Assembly: GCF_001194135.2 (NCBI RefSeq)
Contig: NC_068981.1
Coordinates: 94,359,343-94,423,342, forward strand
DNA: 64,000 bases
From: Octopus bimaculoides
Lineage: Eukaryota
Direction of reading: 5' to 3'
Shown here: positions 13,460-26,693 of the stretch, in pieces
Numbering within the stretch: position 1 is the stretch's first letter
How the letters are laid out: the number at the start of each line of letters is the position of its first letter
The notes under the pieces: generated by a model
Told to the model about the DNA's origin: nothing
What the model saw: the letters and a program-made list of their open reading frames with translations, nothing else
Database searches by the model: none
Program-made: the position numbers and the translations under genes

Positions 13460-16400
13460 ATACATACAAACATTTGAATATCTGCAAGCATCTATATATC
13501 ATATATTGTGCATTGTTATATGTATGTGCTGTTTTCATGAATATATGACTATATAGTTATGAAGTGAATGAATATATATATATATATATATAAAACATAT
13601 GTAAGCAAATATGTAAGCATGCATGATTTCATGCACATGCATGTATGTATGAAGTATCCATCTATCTATCTATCTATTATATGTAAAATTTATTTTTTTA
13701 TTTGTATTTCTATGAGGAAAAGGTTAAGGAAATGGTTAACACCAGTTGTTGATTTCATTAGATTATTTGATAAAGCTAACAATCTTCAAAATCTCTTTGA
13801 GTAATTCCCTTGCATTTTAGGTAGTTAAACTTTAGAAAGTAAAAAAAACGATTATAAAGACATTGAAAGAAGTGGAATAAAAAGTAGGATTACAGAAGCC
13901 TTACTTTGTACTTTAGCCATCATGTCCATGAGATGCTTTTGAAGAATACTGCTATTTCCATTTGAGCTGAAAAATAGTGTTCAGAAAAGAATGTACATCT
14001 GATATAGAGTAATTTTCAATTAATAAAAAGAACTTTCTATTTGTTTTTTGTTTTAGAATTTTTTGTGCCACAAACTGATGTCTTTGCAGCAACATGCTTA
14101 GAACAAGCAGTTTATTTCAGTAAAACAAGATGTTTACTATGGACTTTATAGATTAACATATCTGTCGGCATATAAAATAGACAGTCACATAAGACACACT
14201 GCTACTTTACAAATACATTTTGTGTGGGGGAAAAAAAATTTCAGTATATTTCACCACATGTACTGAAAGATTATAAGTGGTTTTGTAGAGGAAAATATAT
14301 TATTCTGTATAAGTAAATAAAATACTGTGACAGTATACTGGAATAAAACATGAAACCATAAACTTATCTCATAAACTATGTTATACGAGAACTGCATTTA
14401 AACTTGGTTTTCTTTCAGGTTAACAATGTAGTTGTTTACATTTTGGTCAAGAGTTTTGTCACACAGGATGTAAAACTCACATTTCTAGCTATGATGTCTT
14501 GTGTTACTTTAATTGGCCAACATGCGAAATTCGTCAAGACAGATTTTCTACAACTGGGTGGTGATCCTGTTGCTAATCTTTACCAGCTTTCAAGCAAGGT
14601 CACATTTCCCACATGGTTAGATATATTTTTCGCAGAAGACTGGATACAAACAATGCTGCTCATATGAAGATGATGATGATGATGATGACACTCATTTACA
14701 ACCGTCACACGATATCTAAACAATAGTTGACACACACACGCACGCACACACGCATGCATGCATGCACACACACACATTTATATATGATGGGCTCCTTTCA
14801 GTTTCCGCCTACCAAATCCACACACAAGGCTATAGTAGAAGACACCTGCCCAAATTGCCATGCATTGGGACTGAACTCAAAATCACATGTTGGCAAGCAA
14901 CCTTCTTCACCACACTGTCATGGATGTACCAGTTTTTAATAGTTTAAATGCATAAATAAAAATGGAGGAATTTCTAAAACAATTAACTTACATTACAAAT
15001 TTTCCATCCCTTGTTAAGTTACTGAATGCACTCAATACTGTCTGCCATATTTTGAATGCTGGAGGTGGGAGGCTAATAGACTTATTGGTATATTGCTGTT
15101 CCCACAACAAACCAATTACTTTCTTAATGTAGTTGTCAGCACCAGAGACACTTATGTTTTTCTCTTTCAACAACTCTCTCTGTAAATTAAAGAATAGCAT
15201 TTTTATTACGTTGAAACATGTTTAAGAGTACTGTGTTTGACAAAATTCGTAGCAAAAATAAACTCACGTGAGACCTAGCTGTATGTGTTAAGAAATTGGA
15301 ACACTTCCTTGAGGTATTTTCTCCTCAAACTTATTATTGATACTCATAATGAGTGACATTACATTTTCTCTTCATTCATTCATTCATTCATTAATTCATT
15401 CATGCTAACAATTCTGCCAGCTCGCTGTCATTATTTCTATATATACTGATTACTTGTAAGTCTTGTGTCAAGTGCGTAAACTGCACTTCATTGAGGAGAT
15501 CTAATAAGACTGAAACATGCCTGTTCTTTCCCTGTTGGTTTGCAAGTCATTTTCCATTCCTATTTGTATCATTTTTATTTTTAAAAAAATCATTTAGGTG
15601 ATATTATTGTCATTATCTTCTTTAGTAGGTATATTTAGATTTGAAACACTCTTAGTGGGGATTTTTGTCCTCTAATAGAACACATAATTTCAGTTAATTG
15701 AAGTATTTCAACTTACTATATTACATATGTGAGACTCTACCTTATGCATATCTATATAAGAACTAATTAAAAGATACCACAGATAATTAAATTCTTATAT
15801 TTACATACAGGTATGAAGTAATCTAAAATTTTGTTGTGATGTATAATAACTGAACGAGTTACAATAGGTGTCAAGTTGAACTATTTGACACATGGAAATC
15901 AGTTGAAGTCTTACTGCTGCTACTGTATTGTGCCACTTTGTAATGTGCATAACTAGGCCTCTCTGATTCTTCTTGATTACTTTGTGGTTCTGCAGTTAGA
16001 AAGGGCTCTAGAAATAGAAAACTATTGCGTCTACAAAAACTATCAAACTCAAGCTATCATTGGAAGAAAAGGGCTAAAACTACAAAACAAATCAATCCCC
16101 ACCAACCAAAAAAAGAAAGAAAAAAGGTCATACAACTGCTATTTAATAAATAGTTGAAATAACATTTAAGACAGAAAGAAAACACATATAAAGACTGAAG
16201 TATTAACAAGGACACTTTTAAAAGGTTTTTTTTTATGAAGAATAAAAACACAATACAAGAAAATATTTCTTTTAATCTAGTGCAAAGCCATTCTTGCTGT
16301 TTCATTGACTTCAGCTCTTAACTGACTATATTGATACATGAAATTAATAAACCATTTCCTCTACTTATTGCAGAAAATGTACTTTGAAAGGCTGTTTTCT

Positions 16401-16795
16401 GTAAAGAAATTTGCAAAACAGTTACATTATACTACTTGTACAAGAATACTTACTATTAATGGGTTCATGGCACCATCAAAATAATTTTTATAGAAAGTTT
16501 CAAATACTTTCAGCACACTTTTTTCTAGACTTCGTTCTTTCCAGACATCTCCTGAAAAATATTTAATTAACACATATATGTATGTGTGTATATATATATG
16601 TATATATTCTTTTACTTATTTCAGTCATTTGACTGCAGTCTTTAGTCGAACAAATCGACCTCAGAACTTATTCTTTGTAAGCATAGTACTTATTCTATCA
16701 GTCTCTTTTGCCAAACAGCTAAGTTCCAGGGACATAAATACACCAACATTGGTTGTCGAGCAATGGTGGAGAGACAAACAAAAACACACAAACAT

Positions 16796-16836
<41 letters not shown>

Positions 16837-17864
16837 ACGGTCTTCTTTCAGTTTCTGTCTGCCAAATCCACTCACAAGGCTTTGGTCAGCCCAAGGCTAT
16901 AGTAGAAGACACCTGTCCAAAGTGCCACCCAAGACCATATGGTTGGGAAGCAGGCTTCTTACCACACAGCTAAGCCTAATATATATATTGTCAATGTATC
17001 ATATACTCTTTTACTTGTTTCAGTCATTTGACTGTGGCCATGTTGGAGTACAACCTTTAGTCGAGCAAATCGACCCCGGGACTTCTTCTTTCGAAGCCTA
17101 GTACTTATTCTATTGGTCTCATTTGCCAAACCGCTAGGTTACAGGGATGTAAACTCACCAGCATCAGTTGTTAAGTAATGTTGGGGGGACAAACACAGAC
17201 ACACAAACGTATACACACACATACATATGTATATATACACTTATATACGATGGGCTTCTTTCAGTTTCTGCCTACCAAATTCACTCACAAGGCTTTGGTC
17301 GGCCTGAGACTATAGTAGAAGACACTTGCCCAAGATGCCACGCAGTGGGAATGAACCCGGAACCATGCGGTTGGTAAGAAAGCTACTTACCACACAGCCA
17401 CTCCTGTGCCTATAATGTCATTTACCTGTTGTTTCTAGCATGTCGGGTTTTCTGGTGGTAGTCTGGTCTTTTTTAAGTCTACTATTTCAGTAGAATTCTA
17501 CGCATGTAGGAAACATCAGACAAAAGTAAAAGATTGGGAGATTTGAGTTTTTGAAAGCTGGTAGGTGATGGGTGAGAAAGGTGGAAGAAGGGGCATTGAA
17601 TGTTCCTTTAAGAAAAAATATGTATATATATTTCCCAGATTCGTAATCTCTGTATTTTTCTATGTAGATAAAAAAAAAAAAAAAANNNNNNNNNNNNNNN
17701 NNNNNNNNNNNNNNNNNNNNNNNNNNNNNNNNNNNNNNNNNNNNNNNNNNNNNNNNNNNNNNNNNNNNNNNNNNNNNNNNNNNNNNNTATGATACATTGT
17801 GAGCTATATATATATGCACATACATGCATGTATGTGCTTATAAGTATGTATATATGTGTGTGTG

Positions 17865-17918
<54 letters not shown>

Positions 17919-18119
17919 TAATATACATATAATACATACATATGTATGTATGTATGAATATATATATACATACACTTGTATATATGTATATATACTAATT
18001 CACACATACACACACACTGAAAGAATGGGTAGGCGCTCAAATTTATTACATTCACTGAACTCCAATATGCTATCATAATGCAGTAAATCCACTAGGATAC
18101 ATATATAAACACATCTCTC

Positions 18120-18161
<42 letters not shown>

Positions 18162-19243
18162 ACAGTCTTCCACACAGTTTTTATTAACCAATTCACTCAC
18201 AAAGCATTGGTCAACCTGGGGCCAAAATAGAAGACACTTGTTCAAGGTACCATGCTGTGGAACTGAACCTGAAACCACATGGCTGCAAATCAAGTTTCTT
18301 AACCACACAAACCATGTCTGTACCTTTTAAAATTTTGTCCCCATAAAGAGAGTAAAGACTCCTTTGGTCGTAAATGACTATGAGATTGCCCCTAGAAAGT
18401 TCCCCTCCAAGGCACAAGTTCAGGCAAGGTTGTTTATGGAAGACCAGCAGTTATGCATGCATACCAGCCTCCTCTCTCTGCGCCACCGATGTTATCCAAG
18501 GGAAAGATAAAGGCAGATACAGCTTGGCACCAGTGACATCACAACTTATTTCTGCAGATGAGTAAACTGGAGTAACATTAAATAAAGTGTCTTGCTCAAG
18601 AACACAACCTGGTCTAGAAATAGAAATCATTACCTCATGATTGTGAGCCCAATGCTCTAACCATTGAGCCATTTATACAGTAAGGGAACTGGACATTGTA
18701 ACATTCAAAATTTTTGCCAGGAACATTTACTGAGGAAGTTTTATGAAAGGTCTCTTATCTAGAAAGGGAAAAGAAACATTCTGCAAATTCTCTTACACTG
18801 AAATCTATCCCTTGCTGTTGCTGTAAATAAAATAGTTAAAGATGATAACTTGAGTAACTTACCAAGATAGTTAGTATACATTTCATTAATGCTTGTGGCA
18901 TTCATTGTTAAAAGCATTGTGAAAACACTTTGCACTGGAGATTGGCTATGGTTCGTGAAACTTGGTATTGAGTCATATATCTGAGAAATAATTCTGTAAA
19001 AGAAGAGACCAATACATTAAAGAGAGTATAGAGAAACCTTCAACTATTCTTCCATTCTTATCATCTCTGAAGCTATTATCAGAAACACACATACACACAT
19101 GGACACATACACTCTTGCATGCACACACACACACACACAGACACTCTTATTCTCAATCGCACACTTTCTAGCATTTTGTTTCTCCTTTTTTACTGTTTTT
19201 CATTTACTTATGACATGATAATTATGAAACTTTTAAAAAATAT

Positions 19244-19291
<48 letters not shown>

Positions 19292-22200
19292 TGTGTGGTA
19301 CATAGTCCACCATCTTAACTACATGACCATTAAAGCCTGTACTTTGAATAAAAACATTGCTAATAATATTAGGAACAGAATATAAACAATATTGAAAAGA
19401 TTTGATTTAGCACTATTCTAAGCTTTTTTTTTCCTACATGTAACTCAATGAAAACAAGAACCATTTACATACTTATATATGTTTTTATGCTCTTTTGTAT
19501 TTTCATCGTACAAAAAACTTTGTAAAATCAGATTTTTCAATAACTTGTTCAAAGGCTCCCAAAAGTTGGTCTGGTTAGATTTGGTCAAAACAGATAATTT
19601 CTCCCATACTGACTTAACAAGATTGAGGAGATTGGTGGGGTCCATGGCTTTTGCAGATGATGCATCACGCTTTTAAATAAGAGAAAAAAATGAAAAAAAA
19701 ATGAGTTATTTTGCTATTTAATTTTGATTGAAAACCAAACAACACAGTAAAATTGGAAAAAAAAAGTCTTTATATTTCTCAAAAATATTGTAGAATTACA
19801 ACAGACGGAGTGATAATGTAATGATTTTGGCTGTTGGAGATTCATCCTTTTGTATCCCATCACCAGTACTAAAGTGTATCCATGATGAAAATTTTAATTT
19901 TCATTGGCTCAAAATATCTAACAAAATGGGTATCTTCAGCGGTACAACTTATTGCAATATGCAATGAATGCACTGCATAATTGCATAACTTTAAAGTATT
20001 TGGTTACCATTCAACATTCAACTGAAATCCGTTTTTTGAGTTTAACCTGGAGAGGCAATATACTAGGCCCAGAAGTTGATAATTCATTGGTGGATCTATC
20101 TAAAAGAGATTAACTTATTGGCTATGATTGTTGCACTACTCTGGGATGAATCAATACATATTTATTAATCAAGAATACTAAAAGGACTGAATTATGGTTA
20201 CACATACATGTGCATGCATACACGCACATGCACACACACACACATGTGTATATATTATATAATATATATATTCTTTTTTCTATTACTTGTTTCAGTCATT
20301 TGAATGCAGCAATGCTGGAACAAATCAACCCTAGGACTTATTCTTTGTAAGTCTAGTACTTATTCTATCGGTCTCTTTTGCCAAACTGCTAATTTGCAGG
20401 GAGGTAAACACACCAACATTGGTTGTCAAATGATGGTGGGGGGACAAACACAGACACACAAATACATATATNNNNNNNNNNNNNNNNNNNNNNNNNNNNN
20501 NNNNNNNNNNNNNNNNNNNNNNNNNNNNNNNNNNNNNNNNNNNNNNNNNNNNNNNNNNNNNNNNNNNNNNNNNNNNNNNNNNNNNNNNNNNNNNNNNNNN
20601 NNNNNNNNNNNNNNNNNNNNNNNNNNNNNNNNNNNNNNNNNNNNNNNNNNAAGTTGACCTTGGCGGAATTTGAACTCAGAACGTAACAGCAGACGAAATA
20701 CCGCTAAGCATTTCGTCCGGCGTGCTAACGTTTCTGCCAGCTCACCGCCTTATCAAGTTTCTTATCACACAGTCACTTCTGCACATATATATTTATATAT
20801 GCATGTGTGTGTGTGTGCGTGCACATATATATACATACATACACACACATATATGTATTACGTAAGATATATATATTTATGTAGCTATATTTATATATAT
20901 ATTTATGTGTGTGTGTGTGTATATGTGTGCATCTGTGTGTCTCATATGAAGAGCGAAAATTTGTGCAATATTAAGTTTATAGTGAACTACAACTAATGAG
21001 TTTACAGTATGGTTTTAATTCCCATTTAGAAATTTTTCACATCATTCATGTTGCATATAATCATCAAAAATTCTTTCTTCTATAAGAAAAATGTTGATGG
21101 TTTTGCAGTTAGGAAGGTACTGATGTACAGTAATGAATTTTACGTGGATTGAATCTATGACCAGGTTTTAATTTTCCGCTGAAGCTGATTCACTTATGTA
21201 ACTGTGTCCTCAAGCAAACAAATATTTCAGTTTTCTATTTCCCTCATAATTCTCAACATATTTAAGAGATCAATGTAACAAAAGTTATTACCTTTTTTCG
21301 TACATTTGACAACTGGTTGAATTCCTGTTTTAGATTTAGAAAATTGATGGAACAAATATTCTGTAAGTAGGAATTGAGGTCAAAATTTGAATTTGGAACA
21401 GATGCCATTTTGATAGTTGCCATTGCTTGACAAATAGCTTTGGTTGGGTCTTGAGAGCCAGCTATGCTCATCAATGCTTTGGTAATCTAAAAAATCCAAA
21501 TGTGAAGAAAACATTGATTATGGTGTTACTATAGGATAGAATCAAAAAAATCTTATTCTACAAAGATAAACATTGTTGATTAAAATGACAGTCTACCAAC
21601 ATAGAAATAAATGTGTATACTACAAGAGTTATGTTTTTCCCAATAAAGATATTTAAGTCAATGTTTCAGTTCATCTAGTTTCAAATGGTGTAAATCAGTA
21701 GACTACTACTGCTAGTAGTAAGTATCTTAAATATAGGTAATAGCTTGCATTAAAAAAATTTACATATTTATTCCTGCTGTAAAGTAATTTTAGATTAAAA
21801 CTCAAGTCTTACAAAATAATATGTGGCTGGCAACTGAATTATAACCGATGTGAAATCACATCAGATCTTATGTAACCATATTTAAAATTAGTTTATATTA
21901 ATGTGGCTAAATAATCAACATTCAGTGTCCCATGATGGTCTTGCAAAACCTTGCAAAAGATTTAATTGTTAATAGTCTAACCTATACAACTATAACTAAA
22001 TGCATTCCATAAATTTGAGTTCTCTTAGTCATGAAACAATGTTTGTAATTTGGCTCTATTATGAAAACTGAGAGCGCATCAGTGCTCTAACATCACAAAC
22101 TACTATTAACTTCATTACACTCACACAAAGAAATTGAGTGACATCTCACTTTCAAGCTGAAATTTGTTCAGAAAAACTATGATCTTTTTGTCTGACGATG

Positions 22201-25200
22201 ATGATAATTTCTCAACAGGTATAAGGGTTCAAATTTGATATGGGAGTGTAATTAATTATATAAACCTTAGTACTTCCCTGGTACTTTATTTTATTAATCT
22301 TGTAACAATGAAATACAAATTTCACCTTGAAATTTGAACTCAGGGAGCATAATGCAAAAGATTTTATCCAACACTCTCATAATACCAGCAAGCTGCCACC
22401 TGAAGATATTAAAAGCGATCTGCTTACATTGTGTTTAAGATGAGAAAACATGTAAATTATGGAAACTTACTTGAGATTCGTTCAAGGCCATGTTATATAC
22501 AACACTCGATAACATTTCTGGTGACTCCAACAATACTTGTACTGCTTTTTGCAATTCAGGTTTGTTAATCAACAGAGTAGAAATGTTCTGTCCAAAATCT
22601 GTAATATCAAGACAAAAATAAAAAAATAAAAAACCAGATGCAATTTTATGCAAATTTCTACTGTTTCACATAAATTTTCTCATGAAAAATGTGGGTTTTG
22701 TTGAAATAATTGTTTAAAGCTGGGTGGCCTCTCTGTTGTTAATCATTCAACAGCACACACACACATGTGCAAGCAGACATGTATGTACAGGTACACACAC
22801 ACACATGCACACAGAGAGTACAATGTACCAAAGATTTTAGTTTAAGGTGTTATGAGATAATAAGCAGATTTAAAATCAAATGCAAATATGACTATATTAT
22901 GAGTGGTTAACATTGTGTGTATGTGTGTATGTGTGTGTGTGACCTGGGTATAACTTCAAGCTACATCCAGTGCTAGGGCTCTGGTACAGTTTTTCCAGGG
23001 CTTGAAGGGTGTGGAACCACCTTTTGACCATTTTTGTTTTCAGTAGTAGCACTTGTTGGGTTCCTAGGACTGCAGCATGACAGATTGTGAAGAGATAGTG
23101 GAAGAGGACCCAACTGAGCCAACGGTGCTTCTTACATTGATGCTGAGTGGAGGAATCCTGAACACCAAACTCTATCAGGAGAGTAACTACAATGCATCCA
23201 AAAGGGTGGCGTCAATGGTTGTATAATCAGCTGATGAAAGATTCACTATGACTTGATCTTATGATTTAAATTCATGATAATGGAATTGGATGGTGTCAGA
23301 GAGTCATGGGAATCCACAAAAGCAGCATAAAATGTTTGCCTACCTATTTATGTCAAAGCTAGATCTGGTGGACTCTGTGAAAGAAACCTTTATGGTTCAA
23401 CAGAGGGTAAGCTGGCTACAGCAATGTATTGAGGAGTGCAGAAAGTAAGATGAGGCAAGCAAGACATCCTGACCATGCACTACATCTGTTTCCATCTCTG
23501 GTCGTCTTGACCTGGTTTTACCACTGGATTGAAGATGGTCACGAATGAGACAACTTTAAATAAAGTAACCATGCAATTCATTGGTGATCATTAAAGATGA
23601 CCAGACAGTCATAATCTCTCTGAGGAGAACAAATGTGTGTGCGTGTGCGTGCGTGCGCGTGTGTGTGTCTGAGTATCTGCATATTGTTATTTACTTACTT
23701 GAAAGCTGAGGCAACATTTTGTCTAATGTCTCTAAATAAAATACAAGTTCAGATATCAACTGCTTCCATTCAGGCATTGTTTTTGCTTGTTTGATGAATG
23801 GACTCAGATAGGGCAGGACCATGTAAATTTCAGTTACACTGCTGTGAAGTTAATTGAAGCAAAAAGGTAAACACAATTAATGTAGTCATTTAAGTTTTTA
23901 TAATTATTATTATCAACTATGAAAAGCAAATCAAAGAATCATTTAAGTCAACATGGTTTCAATTTTAAACTATGATGAATAATGTTTCTATATATAAAAC
24001 TTAAACGGAGGCAGATTTATTCCTCAAACTACCAAATATCCAACACTCATCCTATTTTGCAAGACACCTTTTTTTTTATGAGGTGAGAATGGTAAGCAGT
24101 GATGTGTATAAATGCAATGTTATTACCAGTTTGAATATACCAGTGGCAAGTTCAAACTTGTAAACAAGCCATTCACTGTGTTTTGTCTTGGAGAAAATTT
24201 TCACTGTAGACAAATGGTGTAAATACACCTAAATCAGCTTGCAGCACCACCTATCCAGACTGTGAGATGCAGGCATTTTGGAGTAGTTATCTCCTCTTCA
24301 GTCACAGAAACTGGATGGTGGTGCCGCAAGCTGACAAGAGAGACAATCTCTTATGTTATTCCAGTTGTACATCGGCTGGTAGTGCTTCCGTGACTGAAGA
24401 GGAGATAACCACTCCAAAATGCTAGCATCTCACAGTCTGAATAGGTGGCACTGTGAACTGATTTTGTCTACAGTGAAAAATTTTCTCCATGATAAAACAT
24501 AGTGAATGGCTTGTTTACAAGTTGGAATGTATCACTGGCACATTCAAACTGGTAATAAAATTGCAATTTTTTATTTTGTTCCATTATTTGGTTTTCTTTT
24601 AATGCATACATTTTTATTCTTTATCTCTCTTACTTTTGATTGATATACGTAGTCTATAAAAAAACCTACATTTTGTATTATATTGTAACATCTGACCATA
24701 TGACAATCAACTTAAGCTAAAATCATAGAAATTTAAGAGTAATATACACTTTAAAACTAAAATATCTTAAGCAAAAAAATGTTTATAGAGACATTTAATG
24801 GAAGGCTAAATGAATAAGAAAGAGGGAGACGAGGATGAAGAATTACATATATAACCATTTATGCACCATACTTAAGGTATATACACCATTGATAGGCCAG
24901 TTACCTAGGTATTCATCCTGAGATAACATCTCTTATGAACGTGCTGTGTTAAAAACGAAATAAACAAAGGATGAAGATGAGAAATCACCCCAGCTAGTGA
25001 AAATGCCAGACAAATTTAAAATCCTGTGGATGTATAAGATTGGTATAAGAATGACCAAGATGGCAATCTATGATGGTATTTGATCTGTTGAGAGTGGATG
25101 ATATAGGATGATAGCGATCCATAATGATGATGATGATGATGGTAGTGGCGGCGGCAATGGTGGTGGAATCATAAATATAATTACAAATTTAAAAAAAAAA

Positions 25201-26159
25201 CACCTAACAAAAAGGAAATTTCTCATATATATATTTTCAAGCAAGATTGTGGTACACATTAGATAGTCTAACCAAATATCTCTTTGTCTGTATGAAATAG
25301 AACTTAACTCAGCAACTCCCAAAGGCTTTTGCCAAAGAATAGTGTAGTTGTGAAATATTTACATATGAAAGAATGCTGTTCATGAGGAAAACATATTGTA
25401 TATTCGTCTTCTCTCAGTATAAAGTAAATGTGATATTATTAATCGTATTATTAATAGTATTTTGTAAGAAAAATGACATTACCCATTAGTAAACGACTGC
25501 AGTTGTTGTTTCCACATATTTAAAAGAGAGACGATTTTTGATGAGTTCAGCAAATTTTCATTGTTTCCAAAGAGCCAAGTCAAAGGTTTTGAACTTAATT
25601 CCATCATCACCATTTGCATTTTCATAGCCTCAGACATTAATAAAGACAGGTCTAACATTGAACCTTCAGATTTGTCAGTTATCTGAAAAAACATTTAATA
25701 TATACTCATAAAATTTCAGTAATAATGTTCAATACCTTTATTTTTAATAATATGTAATGAAAAAGAGAGAACTGGTGGAAGAGTAAATACATTTAGTTGC
25801 AAGAATAGTCATCACTGCAGGTGAGTACACACACGCACACGCTAAAGATAAGCATCAGAGTAAAGATATGCTGTGGCTCTACTATTACAGAAAATGCTTA
25901 TAATAGAAAGGGAATTGTGGTACAATATGGACAGATTTCTGAATACCAGCGAACATTTATGCAGATATAACAATTTAAAAGATAAGCATATTACAATGGA
26001 TAATACTAAGTGGACTTTTCCATTTTCTCTCTCTCTTTTTTTTTTCTTGTGATGTAATCTTGGGACTGAAAATGTTTGCGGCTGAAGATAGCTTTAAACC
26101 GTCCTTTATATCAATTATATACTCATATAATGATACAATGACAGTTTGTGTTTAAAGCT

Positions 26160-26192
<33 letters not shown>

Positions 26193-26619
26193 ATAATCTT
26201 TTCTGTTATAGGGACAAGGTCTGAAATTTCAGATGAGTGGGAATAGCCAAATACATCGAATCTACTGCATAACTGGTACTTAATTTATTGACCCTGAAAG
26301 AATGAAAGACAAAGTTGACCTTGGTGGAATTTGAACTCTACGCAGTTTTCCTAGCATGATAACAATTTTGCCAGTTCGCCACCTTAATAGCTTCAAATTT
26401 TGCCACAAGGGCAGCAATTTTGGGGAGGGGATAAATCGATTACATCGACCCCAGTGTTCAACAGGTACTCATGTTATCAACCCCCAAAAGGATGAATGGT
26501 AAAGTTGACCTTGGCAGACTTTGAACCCAGAACATAGCGACTGGTGAAATACCATTAAGCATTTCGTCCAGCCTGCTAATGATTCTGCCAGCTCACCTTA
26601 TATAATAATAATAATAATG

Positions 26620-26693
<74 letters not shown>

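Noticed and set aside
15490-15520. Second hammerhead-like string ttgaggagatctaataagactgaaac
   Set aside because: The core and stem II are too degenerate.
15914-15988. Possible phase 0-0 exon [25 protein letters not shown] with a gtaaga donor
   Set aside because: Weak acceptor, no Cys pair and no E4 similarity. It cannot be fully excluded without RNA data.
25068-25322. Candidate E2 exon for module 7
   Set aside because: The available donor gives phase 2 rather than 1; 23699-23841 fits fully.
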